From: a virus
Length of the DNA: 64,000 nucleotides
Virus record (IMG/VR): IMGVR_UViG_3300027739_000009
Location: 7,635 to 71,634 of that record
Reading direction: 5' to 3' (one strand)
Below the pieces are notes generated by a model, which had not been told where the DNA came from, ran no database searches, and saw nothing but the letters and a program-made list of their open reading frames with translations. Made by a program: the position numbers and the translations under genes. Position 1 is the stretch's first letter. The number at the start of each line of letters is the position of its first letter. Positions 37,634-47,031 of the stretch are shown one piece after another.

Positions 37634-38074
37634 TTATGCCTCGATCTGAGCTGGCTTGCGATTGTATGGCTTTGGAAGAGATTGAGGAGTATATGCCATC
37701 CAGTTGCCGTTGTAATATTTGAATTGGAAACCAAACGAGATTGCCATGGCGAAAAAAGTTCTCTTGTTGTACTGAGGAATTTTGTGAACCTGGCAGAAAC
37801 TGACGTAGCCAGAAAAAAGTTTGGATCTGAGCATTGGCTCAGATATCGATCTCAAATATTCAGACGGCAACTTCTCTTCCATGCACTCTTTAATGATACT
37901 CTTGCCAGCTTCCCTTGCCTTTTGAAAAACATCCAACGCCCTTGCAGCTGTCGTGGTGTTCTGGGTTGTTTCTGCAATCTCCAAGAATCGAGTTGCAATC
38001 CCCTGCAGCTTCTCAACGACCATTAGTGCGTCGAGTCCTACAGACAATTTTTCAAGCTCTTCCATGTGCTCCAT
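37634..38074 (-). CDS. Hypothetical protein, possibly winged-helix
   Basis: GGAGAGG RBS; YVSFCQ...FFAMAISFGFQFKYYNGNW resembles the primase-helicase C-terminal domain nearby. Confidence 0.55.
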   Translation of the reverse strand: MEHMEELEKLSVGLDALMVVEKLQGIATRFLEIAETTQNTTTAARALDVFQKAREAGKSIIKECMEEKLPSEYLRSISEPMLRSKLFSGYVSFCQVHKIPQYNKRTFFAMAISFGFQFKYYNGNWMAYTPQSLPKPYNRKPAQIEA

Positions 38075-38133
38075 TGCCTCTCCTATGCGAAATACTTAAT
38101 TTGGCGTAAAGTGCCGGTTTAACTTCAAATAAA

Positions 38134-38510
38134 TTTTGGGGCATGCTTGGGGCGAAAGTTTGGGGCGAAACTTGAGAATCTCGGACACGGAACTTTGCGC
38201 ACTTAGCAATTTTTAGGGCATTTAGGGCGAAACTTTTCAAAAACTATCTCTATATTGAAAAAAAAATTTATCTCTATATTATATATTTTTTTTCAAATCC
38301 TACCATTATTTAATAAAAAAAGAAAAAAGTGCCCCAAACGAGCATAAGCATCCGGAATCAAACAAGAAAAAAAACCCCAAATTCTGCCCTCAGCATGCCC
38401 CAACCAAGCCCCAACGCAGAGGCAGTTTTCAACACGACTCAGATCAAAAATCAAAAAACTAAAAATTTCCATCTCCGAACCCAAGTCGTGTTTCATTTTC
38501 GCCCCAGACC
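38134..38510. repeat. Putative replication origin: GGGGCGAAA-type iterons in opposite orientations around an AT-rich core
   Basis: TTGGGGCGAAA at 38147 and 38160, TTTAGGGCGAAA at 38221; inverse GCCCCAA/TTTCGCCCC at about 38330-38506; A/T tracts and TATCTCTATATT twice between them. Confidence 0.5.
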
Positions 38511-41276
38511 TCACTTCGAAATTCCTAACAACTTTGCGAGACGTTTTCCCTCGTCGTTGAGGGTAGCCCCAGCATAAACCCAATGACCATTATACTTGAC
38601 CGGAGCCCCAAACATCTTCTCCATCTCGACCGAAACCTGGCCCTTTTTCTGAACATAATAGCCAGAATCAACGCAGAATCGAGAGAAGACATCCAGGACC
38701 ACAGATCGCTTAACCCTCTCAGCTGGGTCAAACACCATGCACTCCTCAATGAACAACGAAACCGGATCGAAACTCGAAACCCATTTCCCAAAAAGTTCCA
38801 GAGAATGCTGATCATCAATCCCGTTCCTAAAGTAATCAACGATGCCATCGATGGCCCAGGCCAGTACCCCAGGTAACTCCTTGGCAATGATCCTCTCCTC
38901 CAGGTTGTCAATCTTCTCAACGTGGTTTTTTCTGAACTCAATTATGAAGTGACCCACCCGGCGCCGGATCTCTTCCCCGGCCGAGTCCAGAACTGGCCAG
39001 TCATTAATATTGATCACCTGCGCTGCGTTGGGACGAAAATCCACAGCGTCCATATAAAGACGTCTGGCCCTCATCGAGTCACCGCCGGTTGCCATCTTAA
39101 AGCCTTCCGTTGCCTGAGCCTTGCCGCCTTTCTTCATCTCAGGAATGAAATTGACTACAGAGTGAACAAGAGGATGAACTTTAACCATATCACACATATC
39201 CTCGAAGGAAACGGATGAGGTACACCCAGTCGGCAACATCGCAGTCAGGACCTTATTAGTGGTGCCCTTGCCGGTTCCACCCTCGCCCTTGAGGATCATG
39301 GCCATCTGGCCGCCTCGGGTGAGGTACCCACACAGAGCAAGCCCAAACGCCTGCTGAAAAGCCCTGACATTGACCACGTTGGCCAGAACCTTGTCCCAAT
39401 ATGGGGTTGCCAAACTCCAGTCAGGGTTGAACTTCAATTTGAATCTGCAGCCAAGGTCCAGGCAATACTGGGTCCAGGAAGCGCCGACGCCCTCTCCGTG
39501 AGTGCTGCCGACTGAGCCAACGCAGTCCTGGCCGACCTGGAGAAAACTCGAAGAGCAGGGGATACCGTAGATCATTGGCCATTCCTCCACATAGGCGGAC
39601 TCCTTGGCCATGACCAGCTTGTGGATGGCTGTGTAATCTCCACCCCGTTTGCAAACCAGACAGTGAGAAAATCTGATCGAGACTTTCTCTCGGATCACAT
39701 CATCACGGACCTGATTCCAAATATGGTTCGGACCAGCCACGTAAAAGAAGGAGCCATACGATCGACACTGGCCAAGGTGACGAACCATGTCAGTTGCTAT
39801 TTCACCCTGAGTCGCATCCTTGAGAAGGGCACATGGGTCTTTCTCCCCATCCTCTTCCGCATCTGCCTGGCGGATGGCTGCGTCATTCAGGGCTGAAGAT
39901 ATTTTCACATCGGCCTTCAAATCGGTGGCGGTGGAGCCGACCTTCTTGGCTGCGATCTTGGTCAGGCGGCTGAGTTGGGATGTGGTCATGGTGGACTGAG
40001 ACGCAAACGAGCCCCAGCACTCCAGGACTTCATCGACTGAGGCCTCGTCCAGCCATCTCTCAAGGCCTTCATAACTGAAGCGGAGTTGATAGTACAGGCC
40101 GCCATGGGCGAAGGATTTCAGGCGGACTGAGTCTGCGTCGGCCATGATCATTGCCTTGTTGGTGCCGGACTTGGGACTGATCGGGTCTTGGAAGCCCTTG
40201 GCAGTTTTCTCGTCGCGGTAGCTGTCCCGGTCGACCAGGATATCATAGACTGAGACCTGGCTGCCGTTTGATCGGGTCAGGAAATCGTCGGAAGTGATAA
40301 TGTGATCTGATACCAGGAGGGTGGCGGCGTGGCCTGCCTTCTTGTGGTCGATGCCGGTGGCGGCGAGACGCAGGGTCTCTCGTTCCTCAGCTGCAATCTT
40401 GGCAGAGACATAGTCTGGGGATCGGAAGATTTCCTGCTTATACGCCTGCCATTTGGAATTGTAAGAGAAGGTTTCGTCCTTGAGGATGGCTATGGCGGAG
40501 TCACAGTCGATGACCGAGCCGTCAATGAACTGGCACTCTCTCTCGACCAGCTCTACAAGTTCGGTGTGGCCGGTTACCTCAGGGTTAGCTTCGAAGATCA
40601 ATCGGCTGGCGGTTTTGACACTTTCGTCAATGATACTACGGGCTTCGACGGTGGCTGCCTTGGTGATGATGTGGGAAGACCAGGAGTTGAGCCAGGCAAA
40701 TTTGAAGATCTGTTCAAGAAGTTCGGCCCGCATGTTGCGGACTGGGACATAGATGTGGAGTCCAGTTCCGGTTCGGCCGGAGACCTTGACCCTGGCAGAT
40801 GGTGAGGCCTTTCTGAACTGCATGATCTTCTTGGAGCCGTTGGAGATGAAGGAGTTCTCCAGTCTGTTTTCGAGCAGGCTTATGAATTTGTCGACCTGGC
40901 CGGCGTCATAGTCTCCATCGATATCAAGGAGCATGAGCGAGATAGAATCGTTGTTTGCATATCTAAAAAATTTGGATGATCGGGAGACAACGCCATTCTC
41001 TGGGTCTTCCTTCCCAGCCAACGTGATGTCGTACTCCAGAAAATCATCGCCTGCTGGCCAGATGGCCGGGACGATACAGGTTGCTGGGCGGTAGCTTAAG
41101 TCCGTGAGATACTGAGCAAAATCCTCAGGGGACATCTCGACAGTGGACGCAATTCCTTGGGAGATGGTGGCCTGGCTGGACTTCTTCAAACTGCCATCAG
41201 GTTGGATTTCGATTTTCTTGAAAATTGCCTTGTTCTTGTCGCAGAGCTCACTAAACGTCAACATTATCTCGGACAT
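38511..41276 (-). CDS. Primase-helicase (N-terminal AEP/PrimPol-like domain, D5_N plus SF3 helicase, P4-family)
   Basis: LLDIDGD and TGLHIY primase motifs; GEGGTGKGT Walker A; MATGGDSMRARRLY; ININDWP; RRVGHFIIEF; C-terminal winged helix. Confidence 0.85.
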   Translation of the reverse strand: MSEIMLTFSELCDKNKAIFKKIEIQPDGSLKKSSQATISQGIASTVEMSPEDFAQYLTDLSYRPATCIVPAIWPAGDDFLEYDITLAGKEDPENGVVSRSSKFFRYANNDSISLMLLDIDGDYDAGQVDKFISLLENRLENSFISNGSKKIMQFRKASPSARVKVSGRTGTGLHIYVPVRNMRAELLEQIFKFAWLNSWSSHIITKAATVEARSIIDESVKTASRLIFEANPEVTGHTELVELVERECQFIDGSVIDCDSAIAILKDETFSYNSKWQAYKQEIFRSPDYVSAKIAAEERETLRLAATGIDHKKAGHAATLLVSDHIITSDDFLTRSNGSQVSVYDILVDRDSYRDEKTAKGFQDPISPKSGTNKAMIMADADSVRLKSFAHGGLYYQLRFSYEGLERWLDEASVDEVLECWGSFASQSTMTTSQLSRLTKIAAKKVGSTATDLKADVKISSALNDAAIRQADAEEDGEKDPCALLKDATQGEIATDMVRHLGQCRSYGSFFYVAGPNHIWNQVRDDVIREKVSIRFSHCLVCKRGGDYTAIHKLVMAKESAYVEEWPMIYGIPCSSSFLQVGQDCVGSVGSTHGEGVGASWTQYCLDLGCRFKLKFNPDWSLATPYWDKVLANVVNVRAFQQAFGLALCGYLTRGGQMAMILKGEGGTGKGTTNKVLTAMLPTGCTSSVSFEDMCDMVKVHPLVHSVVNFIPEMKKGGKAQATEGFKMATGGDSMRARRLYMDAVDFRPNAAQVININDWPVLDSAGEEIRRRVGHFIIEFRKNHVEKIDNLEERIIAKELPGVLAWAIDGIVDYFRNGIDDQHSLELFGKWVSSFDPVSLFIEECMVFDPAERVKRSVVLDVFSRFCVDSGYYVQKKGQVSVEMEKMFGAPVKYNGHWVYAGATLNDEGKRLAKLLGISK

Positions 41277-41277
41277 A

Positions 41278-41475
41278 TTAACCTCTCGGGGTTGAAATAA
41301 GATCTTGGTACTTCACCTTACCCCGAGTCTTTTGAACGATGGTCATCGCATTCTGTAGTGTGATCTCTCCTCGTTCTTGGCATATATTGTATAACACGCC
41401 TCGTTTGAGGCCAATTTTTGCTGCCAGGTCGTCATAAGTTAAGCTGTTGTTCTTACGATATTCTTCTAACTTCAT
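41278..41475 (-). CDS. Cro-like HTH protein
   Basis: MKLEEYRKNNSLTYDDLAAKIGLKRGVLYNIC...GKVKYQDL. Confidence 0.8.
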   Translation of the reverse strand: MKLEEYRKNNSLTYDDLAAKIGLKRGVLYNICQERGEITLQNAMTIVQKTRGKVKYQDLISTPRG

Positions 41476-41528
41476 TCCCGTCCCCCTGTTTAATATTTAC
41501 AATAATGAAAAAGTCCTTGTAGAGGTTC

Positions 41529-41557
41529 ATGATAGATGGTAACCTGTTCAAAGTCAA
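41529..41557 (-). promoter_or_regulatory. Sigma70-type promoter for cro-like/primase operon
   Basis: TTGACT-N17-TATCAT on the minus strand. Confidence 0.65.
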
Positions 41558-41591
41558 GTACAACATTCATTATTCTGAACAGAGGTTGATT

Positions 41592-42506
41592 ATGAAGATA
41601 TGCACAAGGTGTGGTGAAGAGAAGCCTATATCAGAGTTTAGACCAGGCAGCCGTAGATGCCGGTTGTGTCTTAATGAATTAACCGCTGAATACAGAGCAA
41701 ATAACCCGGAAAAGGTAAAAGCCTCCCAGAACAAGTACAGAAAAACAGAAAAATCAAAAGCAACCCAGCAGCGCTTTCTGAATAAGAACCCTAACTACGG
41801 AGCTAAAGCTCAGAGGAAACATCTGGCTAAAATGTCAGAAGAGCAAAGGGAGGAGGTTAAGAAACGGGACCGCGAGTATAAACGGAAAATCCAAGCTGAA
41901 ACCAAAGCTAAATTCGACGCATTGCCGGAAGAAGAGAAAAAGATCAAGCGAGAACAACGCCAGGAGTGGGTACGAAAATATAAGAATAAGAATAAGGAAA
42001 CAGAAGCAATAGCTAATGGCCTTGTTCCGTCCAGATCCAAATATCTTCTAGGACTGCTACCTGTGGACGCCACCGCAATCATGACTGAGAGCGGAATTGA
42101 GTGTGAGTGTAAGTTTTGCAAGAAAAGATTTCTACCCACACGCAGAGACATTACGCTCAGAACAAAAGTATTTAGAGGTGTAGCTGGTAGTCTTGGTAGT
42201 GAATACCACCTCTACTGCTCAGAAACCTGCAAGGAAGCCTGCCCAATATTCAAGCAAAGGACCAGAAGAAAAGACCAAATCCCAGCCTCAGCTCGTGCCA
42301 GATCCTGCCAGAACGACGTTCTCAAGCAACTTCAATGTGACGAATTTGGTTATAATTTTTGTGAAAAGTGTGGAGATATAATCGATGTGGAACTCCATCA
42401 CACTCTGCCTATTGCGGAATTTGAAGACGAGGCCATATCCTCTGCCAGTCATATTCTGATGTGCGTCAAGTGCCATACCGCCAAGCACTCGGAGTGCAAA
42501 AATTAA
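41592..42506 (+). CDS. HNH homing-type endonuclease, paralogue of 25523-26404
   Basis: N-terminal KICTRCGEEKPISEF...CRLC; C-terminal HLYCSETC...QLQCDEFGYNFCEKCGDIIDVELHHTLP...CVKCH; AGAGG RBS. Confidence 0.8.
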   Translation: MKICTRCGEEKPISEFRPGSRRCRLCLNELTAEYRANNPEKVKASQNKYRKTEKSKATQQRFLNKNPNYGAKAQRKHLAKMSEEQREEVKKRDREYKRKIQAETKAKFDALPEEEKKIKREQRQEWVRKYKNKNKETEAIANGLVPSRSKYLLGLLPVDATAIMTESGIECECKFCKKRFLPTRRDITLRTKVFRGVAGSLGSEYHLYCSETCKEACPIFKQRTRRKDQIPASARARSCQNDVLKQLQCDEFGYNFCEKCGDIIDVELHHTLPIAEFEDEAISSASHILMCVKCHTAKHSECKN

Positions 42507-42521
42507 AAACCGGTTATCAAA

Positions 42522-42575
42522 ATGAAAATTGAAACAGTGAAGGTACAAACCTTATTTGAAATGGAGAACTCATGA
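42522..42575 (+). pseudogene. 17-aa remnant of an array-family gene (MKIETVKVQTLFEMENS)
   Basis: Family-type N-terminus (MK[VI]ET) fused directly to the family C-terminal QTLFEM motif. Confidence 0.5.
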
Positions 42576-42886
42576 GCGCAGCCAGCCAACTTATAAAAAG
42601 AGACATGAAGAAGACCCTAAAGAAGCTGGATCTTCTTATGGAACAACTCCAGGATGAGTATTTCACCGCGATTCAGGAACGGGTGAACAAGCATAATGTG
42701 GTGTTGGCCACCGGTCACATGAGCAACACATGGCTGATCAGCAAGGTCGGCAAGCATGACTTCAAAGACGATATCGATTGCAAACACAGAATCTTCAAAG
42801 AACTGAAAATCCTGGATGAAATGGTAGAGCCTTACGGGCTCGGGCCTTCAAACATGATGCGGTTTGATCCTCCTGGAGTGGATTGA
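42572..42886 (+). CDS. Hypothetical protein
   Basis: GGAGA RBS; lacks the array motif. Confidence 0.6.
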   Translation: MSAASQLIKRDMKKTLKKLDLLMEQLQDEYFTAIQERVNKHNVVLATGHMSNTWLISKVGKHDFKDDIDCKHRIFKELKILDEMVEPYGLGPSNMMRFDPPGVD

Positions 42887-42887
42887 A

Positions 42888-43229
42888 ATGAAAGTTGAAA
42901 CCATTACCAGAGATACGTTTACAACATCCGGTATGATGCTTTTTAGGCCCCACAGCGGCGGGCAAGTAGTATTCAAAATCCCGTATGTAAAGGCTTGGGA
43001 GTATGCATCAGGGGACTTATGTAAAGAGGTCTATGAGTATTTCAGGGTGGAGTTCGGATCGCTGGCCTGTTACATCACCATCAGTGAGTATCTGCCCAAG
43101 GTAATTTGGTGGAAAAATGACTACTCAGAGCTGACTGATCTGTATTGCCATCCTGAATCCTGGAAGCAATTCCTGATGGAACATCCAGATCTATTATCAG
43201 CTCAAACCTTATTCGAGATGCAAAAATGA
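42888..43229 (+). CDS. Array family member 1
   Basis: C-terminus HPESWKQFLMEHPDLLSAQTLFEMQK. Confidence 0.8.
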   Translation: MKVETITRDTFTTSGMMLFRPHSGGQVVFKIPYVKAWEYASGDLCKEVYEYFRVEFGSLACYITISEYLPKVIWWKNDYSELTDLYCHPESWKQFLMEHPDLLSAQTLFEMQK

Positions 43230-43618
43230 AAATATCAATCAATCCGTATGACCATATCCTGGTCAGAAGAAACAACCACCACAAAAGTCCATTCGAAAAA
43301 GGAAAGTTTGTCTTATTCACAGAGGATGAAGATTTCATAATAACAAGGACTGAAAACTGGTTCCTACGGTCTAGGGCAAGAGCATGCCCAGAAGTGATTC
43401 ATGCACTGGAGGAGAAGTTCGGCGCAGGTGTGGTTTTATTTATAGTTGACGACGCACCAGTATGGAAGTGGCTGGATCATGTCCAGTATGAGGACGAGGA
43501 ACAGGGAGGGGAGGGCATGTTCTCGTCCGTGTACATTCACCCCGAAACCTGGAAGCGGTTCTTGACTGAAAACCCAGATCTATTATCAGCTCAAACCTTA
43601 TTCGAGATGCAAAAATGA
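43226..43618 (+). CDS. Array family member 2
   Basis: C-terminus HPETWKRFLTENPDLLSAQTLFEMQK. Confidence 0.8.
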   Translation: MKISINPYDHILVRRNNHHKSPFEKGKFVLFTEDEDFIITRTENWFLRSRARACPEVIHALEEKFGAGVVLFIVDDAPVWKWLDHVQYEDEEQGGEGMFSSVYIHPETWKRFLTENPDLLSAQTLFEMQK

Positions 43619-43953
43619 AAGTTGAAACATTAAATCTTGTGATTGTGAATGGATATGAGACGAGGCTTGTGAGGGAGTCAGAGAGAGAAATGGTACTGGA
43701 GGGTAGAATATTCTTCCAGTCGATTTTCACAGGACATATCTGTCTGGAGGTTGATTCCTACATCAGGAAAAAACTGGACCATCTACTCAACAAGAAGCAC
43801 CCTCGAATCTATTTTCATAACGATCTGCCGGTAGGGGTGTGCTTCATTGACGCCCCAAATATGTACATGCACCTGGAGTCCTGGAAGCAGTTCTTGATGG
43901 AACATCCGGATCTTCTTTCCGCTCAAACTCTACTCGAGATGCAACGTGGCTAG
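43615..43953 (+). CDS. Array family member 3
   Basis: C-terminus HLESWKQFLMEHPDLLSAQTLLEMQRG. Confidence 0.8.
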   Translation: MKVETLNLVIVNGYETRLVRESEREMVLEGRIFFQSIFTGHICLEVDSYIRKKLDHLLNKKHPRIYFHNDLPVGVCFIDAPNMYMHLESWKQFLMEHPDLLSAQTLLEMQRG

Positions 43954-44200
43954 AGAACTGTCCAGACCTGGAGATTACACAATACAGATCGGTCTCCAGT
44001 TGAAGAGGAAGCTGTGGAAGTTGTTTCCAAACCTGGCCACAGTGATGCTGCAGCCTAAAGCAATAATCCAGCCAGATGGGGTGGTGCCATTCACCTTTGG
44101 AGGTAGGGCTTATATTCCAGAGTCAAAATACAGACAGATGCTCGAAAACTGCCCAGAGATAATGTCAGAGCAGATGTTTTTGGAGATGCTTAATGACTGA
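43946..44200 (+). CDS. Array family member 4
   Basis: C-terminus IPESKYRQMLENCPEIMSEQMFLEM. Confidence 0.75.
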   Translation: MARELSRPGDYTIQIGLQLKRKLWKLFPNLATVMLQPKAIIQPDGVVPFTFGGRAYIPESKYRQMLENCPEIMSEQMFLEMLND

Positions 44201-44465
44201 TTGGAGATGGTCGATGCCCAGTAATGACTACAAAATAATTCTCGGTGAACACCTGAAAGAACGCTTTATCAGGAAGTTCTACCCGGCCATAACCCAATCG
44301 AGGATCTGGCCAAGGGCAGTAATCCAACCAGACGGCAAGGCCACATTTCTCCTTGCCTCGGTGCTTTACATTCCAGAGTCAAAGTACAAATGGATGCTGG
44401 AGAATTTCCCAGAAATAAAATCAGAGCAAATGTACCTGGAGATGCACGATGGAGAACTATTATGA
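44193..44465 (+). CDS. Array family member 5
   Basis: C-terminus IPESKYKWMLENFPEIKSEQMYLEM; close paralogue of member 4. Confidence 0.75.
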   Translation: MTDWRWSMPSNDYKIILGEHLKERFIRKFYPAITQSRIWPRAVIQPDGKATFLLASVLYIPESKYKWMLENFPEIKSEQMYLEMHDGELL

Positions 44466-44691
44466 AGTAGCCTGTGGGCCGGCCCTGGCCAAGTGGATCG
44501 ATGAGGAGATTCCGAGTTCACCGATTGCTCCTGTGATCGAGCAAGTGACGGTATTCGTGACATACAAAAATCAGGAGATCCGTAGATTTCAAAGTGAGTG
44601 CTGGATGTCTGAGCGGACATACCTAAGGCTCTTGGAGGAGTATCCAATTATAAAGTCTGAGCAGATGTACCTGGCTATGACGGAGGAATAA
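44449..44691 (+). CDS. Array family member 6
   Basis: C-terminus LLEEYPIIKSEQMYLAM. Confidence 0.75.
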   Translation: MENYYEVACGPALAKWIDEEIPSSPIAPVIEQVTVFVTYKNQEIRRFQSECWMSERTYLRLLEEYPIIKSEQMYLAMTEE

Positions 44692-44693
44692 AT

Positions 44694-44966
44694 ATGCTTG
44701 ATTATATGGACGAGTCAGCGAGTGAGACTCTCAGCCCAACAATACACAGGCTTCTCGCGGAAGAGCTCCTGGCCAGGTACAAAGTAGGGTGCCACGACTC
44801 GTGGAATTGGACTGTCAACATGATCTTTATCTACAACCGGGTAATTGCAACAGCGTATGGTCCGGTGACCGCCCACATCTCCATAGCAACTCTGGCTGAG
44901 ATTTTCAAACTGAATCCAAAAATCGAGGAAGAATATATCCTGGCTCAAATGCTGGAGGGATCATGA
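44694..44966 (+). CDS. Array family member 7
   Basis: C-terminus LNPKIEEEYILAQMLEG. Confidence 0.7.
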   Translation: MLDYMDESASETLSPTIHRLLAEELLARYKVGCHDSWNWTVNMIFIYNRVIATAYGPVTAHISIATLAEIFKLNPKIEEEYILAQMLEGS

Positions 44967-45196
44967 CAACTTTATCAGTGTGCCCTGAGCTGGCTAAATA
45001 TCTGGAAGACAAGAGGAAGGAGAAAGGGGTTACGTCAGTAGGAAGTTACTGGGGGATACGAGAGGTGATTGTCCAGGCAAATAGTTTCCACGCGATAGAC
45101 ACCAAATTCTTCATCTCCGATGACAAGCTCAAGGAGATTCTCGACTCAAATCCAAAACTGAAGAGTGCTCAGGTGCTCTGGGAGATGATGAAATGA
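44963..45196 (+). CDS. Array family member 8
   Basis: N-terminal VCPELAKYL; C-terminus SNPKLKSAQVLWEM. Confidence 0.8.
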   Translation: MTTLSVCPELAKYLEDKRKEKGVTSVGSYWGIREVIVQANSFHAIDTKFFISDDKLKEILDSNPKLKSAQVLWEMMK

Positions 45197-45417
45197 CAAT
45201 AGAGCGTGGTGGGATCGGGCAGAAGGGCGGCCCGGGTGAGGAATGTGCGAGGATGGCATGTCGGAGCCGGCCGGCGATCGGGTACAACAGATCAACTGGC
45301 TGGTGGTACTGTGACGAGTGCTCCCACATGCTGAACGAGATCCATAAGGATGAGGCTGAAAAACTCTTTGGAGGGCCGCTGGTAATCATCCCGGCCATAA
45401 AGGCAGATGAGTGCTAG
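45193..45417 (+). CDS. Small Cys/His Zn-finger protein inserted in the array (not a family member)
   Basis: CARMAC...WYCDECSH. Confidence 0.6.
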   Translation: MTIERGGIGQKGGPGEECARMACRSRPAIGYNRSTGWWYCDECSHMLNEIHKDEAEKLFGGPLVIIPAIKADEC

Positions 45418-45643
45418 AATAGTTAAGTGTGGAGAGAAACTCAACGCATGGTTCAAACTGAGGCTGCCTCATCTTGGTAAGGATCTGAAGGCCAAGGAGG
45501 TGTTCCTCGAGGATGGCGCAGAAACTGCTCCTCTGTTTGGCCTTGGGGGTGATATTTTCATGACTGAGGCCAGGTACCTGGCCCTGTTGGAAGATCGTCC
45601 GGACATAAAATCTGAACAGATGTACCTGGAGATGAAGGAATGA
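45407..45643 (+). CDS. Array family member 9
   Basis: C-terminus LLEDRPDIKSEQMYLEM. Confidence 0.75.
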   Translation: MSARIVKCGEKLNAWFKLRLPHLGKDLKAKEVFLEDGAETAPLFGLGGDIFMTEARYLALLEDRPDIKSEQMYLEMKE

Positions 45644-45936
45644 CAGTAGACGAGCTGGATAAGCTACCCAATCTGAGAAATGCGCTGATCTCTCGGTTAC
45701 CAAGTGCAACCCACCCGAAGCTGGCTAATCTGTGTTTCCAGAGATTTCAAGCATGGCAGGCAGCGCAGGAAAGGCGCCTTGTAGAGGAAATACTGGTGTG
45801 GGATGATGCACAAACTGCAGACACTTATGGTCCAGTCTACGCCTACCTAACCGTGAGTACCTTCAAAATAATCCTGGAAACCAGGCCAGACATCAGGGAA
45901 GAGTATATCCTCAACCAAATGCTGGAGGGAAAATGA
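45640..45936 (+). CDS. Array family member 10
   Basis: C-terminus TRPDIREEYILNQMLEG; pairs with member 7. Confidence 0.7.
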   Translation: MTVDELDKLPNLRNALISRLPSATHPKLANLCFQRFQAWQAAQERRLVEEILVWDDAQTADTYGPVYAYLTVSTFKIILETRPDIREEYILNQMLEGK

Positions 45937-46262
45937 TACCTGTAAAAGATTTCTGCCCAGAACTGACCCATGCAGTGGAGGACCGGGCCAGATTGATTTC
46001 TGGGAAAACCCACACTTACTGGCACATGGAGATGATGGTGAATGTGGAGGAAGCCGGGGCCGTAGAGGTGAAGTTCAGGATGGGTCCAGAAAGGGAGCTT
46101 AATTTCAAAAATATCTGGCAGATAGAGAGCACTCCAACTTGGGACTCTATGATTAAGCCAACAAAATACGTCAGAGTTGTGGTCCCGTGGAGGGTCGTAG
46201 AGGATCTTCTGCTTAACCCTGAAATCAGATCCGCCCAGGTTCTGTGGATGATGTCGAGATGA
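45933..46262 (+). CDS. Array family member 11
   Basis: FCPELT N-terminus; LNPEIRSAQVLWMM C-terminus. Confidence 0.75.
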   Translation: MIPVKDFCPELTHAVEDRARLISGKTHTYWHMEMMVNVEEAGAVEVKFRMGPERELNFKNIWQIESTPTWDSMIKPTKYVRVVVPWRVVEDLLLNPEIRSAQVLWMMSR

Positions 46263-46558
46263 AGCTCAATGACTACCTCTGGCTGAACAGCACATTTTGT
46301 CAGGAAGTGATTGATATGTTGGCAGACTATGGCGCCAGGGAAAAATATGGGCTGCCCAAGGCATCAACCAGAATAACCTTGTTTAACGAGGCTACTGATT
46401 TCGGTGAAGGGAAGCTGAAACTGTTTTACGGGGATAGGAGAGTTACAGAAGCCAATGCAAAATATAGGAGCCTTCACCTGACCATGGAGGACATCAACGT
46501 AATGATAAACGACAACGGACTGAGGTCCACCCAGGTCCTGTGGGAGATGCAGAGATGA
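46259..46558 (+). CDS. Array family member 12
   Basis: FCQEV N-terminal part; GLRSTQVLWEM C-terminus. Confidence 0.75.
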   Translation: MKLNDYLWLNSTFCQEVIDMLADYGAREKYGLPKASTRITLFNEATDFGEGKLKLFYGDRRVTEANAKYRSLHLTMEDINVMINDNGLRSTQVLWEMQR

Positions 46559-46809
46559 CTGTTACTACACCCACCAACCTTGTTGGAGTATGTACAGAAG
46601 TAGGTACAGCTCTCAAGAACAGGGATGGATTCACTATCGATGACGTGATCAAATCAACTGGTCGGTGGATAACTGTTGTCTGGAGTCCTGCTGGAGAAAC
46701 CTTAAGAAGTAGCTCCATCTACATCCCAGAGTCACTATTAAAAAGGCTACTGGATGAAAATCAAACCTTGAGGAGTGCGCAGATATTATGGGAGATGACA
46801 GAGAAATAA
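46555..46809 (+). CDS. Array family member 13
   Basis: C-terminus IPESLLKRLLDENQTLRSAQILWEM. Confidence 0.75.
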   Translation: MTVTTPTNLVGVCTEVGTALKNRDGFTIDDVIKSTGRWITVVWSPAGETLRSSSIYIPESLLKRLLDENQTLRSAQILWEMTEK

Positions 46810-47030
46810 AACTGAGCCCTGAGCTGGCCAAATACCTGAATAATGAGAAGGCCAAGGAGTTCGGAGTGAAGCCGATCTTTTTCATAAAAAAGCTGATCAT
46901 AACCGACAAGGTATCGACGGTCAGATACAGCGTGGATGTCTGTGAAATGTCCGAGGTCTATTACCGGATGATCCTGGAGTCGGATCCAAAACTCAAATCG
47001 GCTCAGGTTCTCATCGATATGGAGGGGTGA
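46788..47030 (+). CDS. Array family member 14 (start uncertain)
   Basis: LSPELAKYL; SDPKLKSAQVLIDM. Confidence 0.7.
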   Translation: MGDDREIKLSPELAKYLNNEKAKEFGVKPIFFIKKLIITDKVSTVRYSVDVCEMSEVYYRMILESDPKLKSAQVLIDMEG

Positions 47031-47031
47031 G

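Noticed and set aside
33837-42506. Lysogeny module (integrase, CI repressor, att site)
   Set aside because: Only short Cro-like HTHs are present; no tyrosine or serine recombinase motifs were found, so lifestyle cannot be called from this window.
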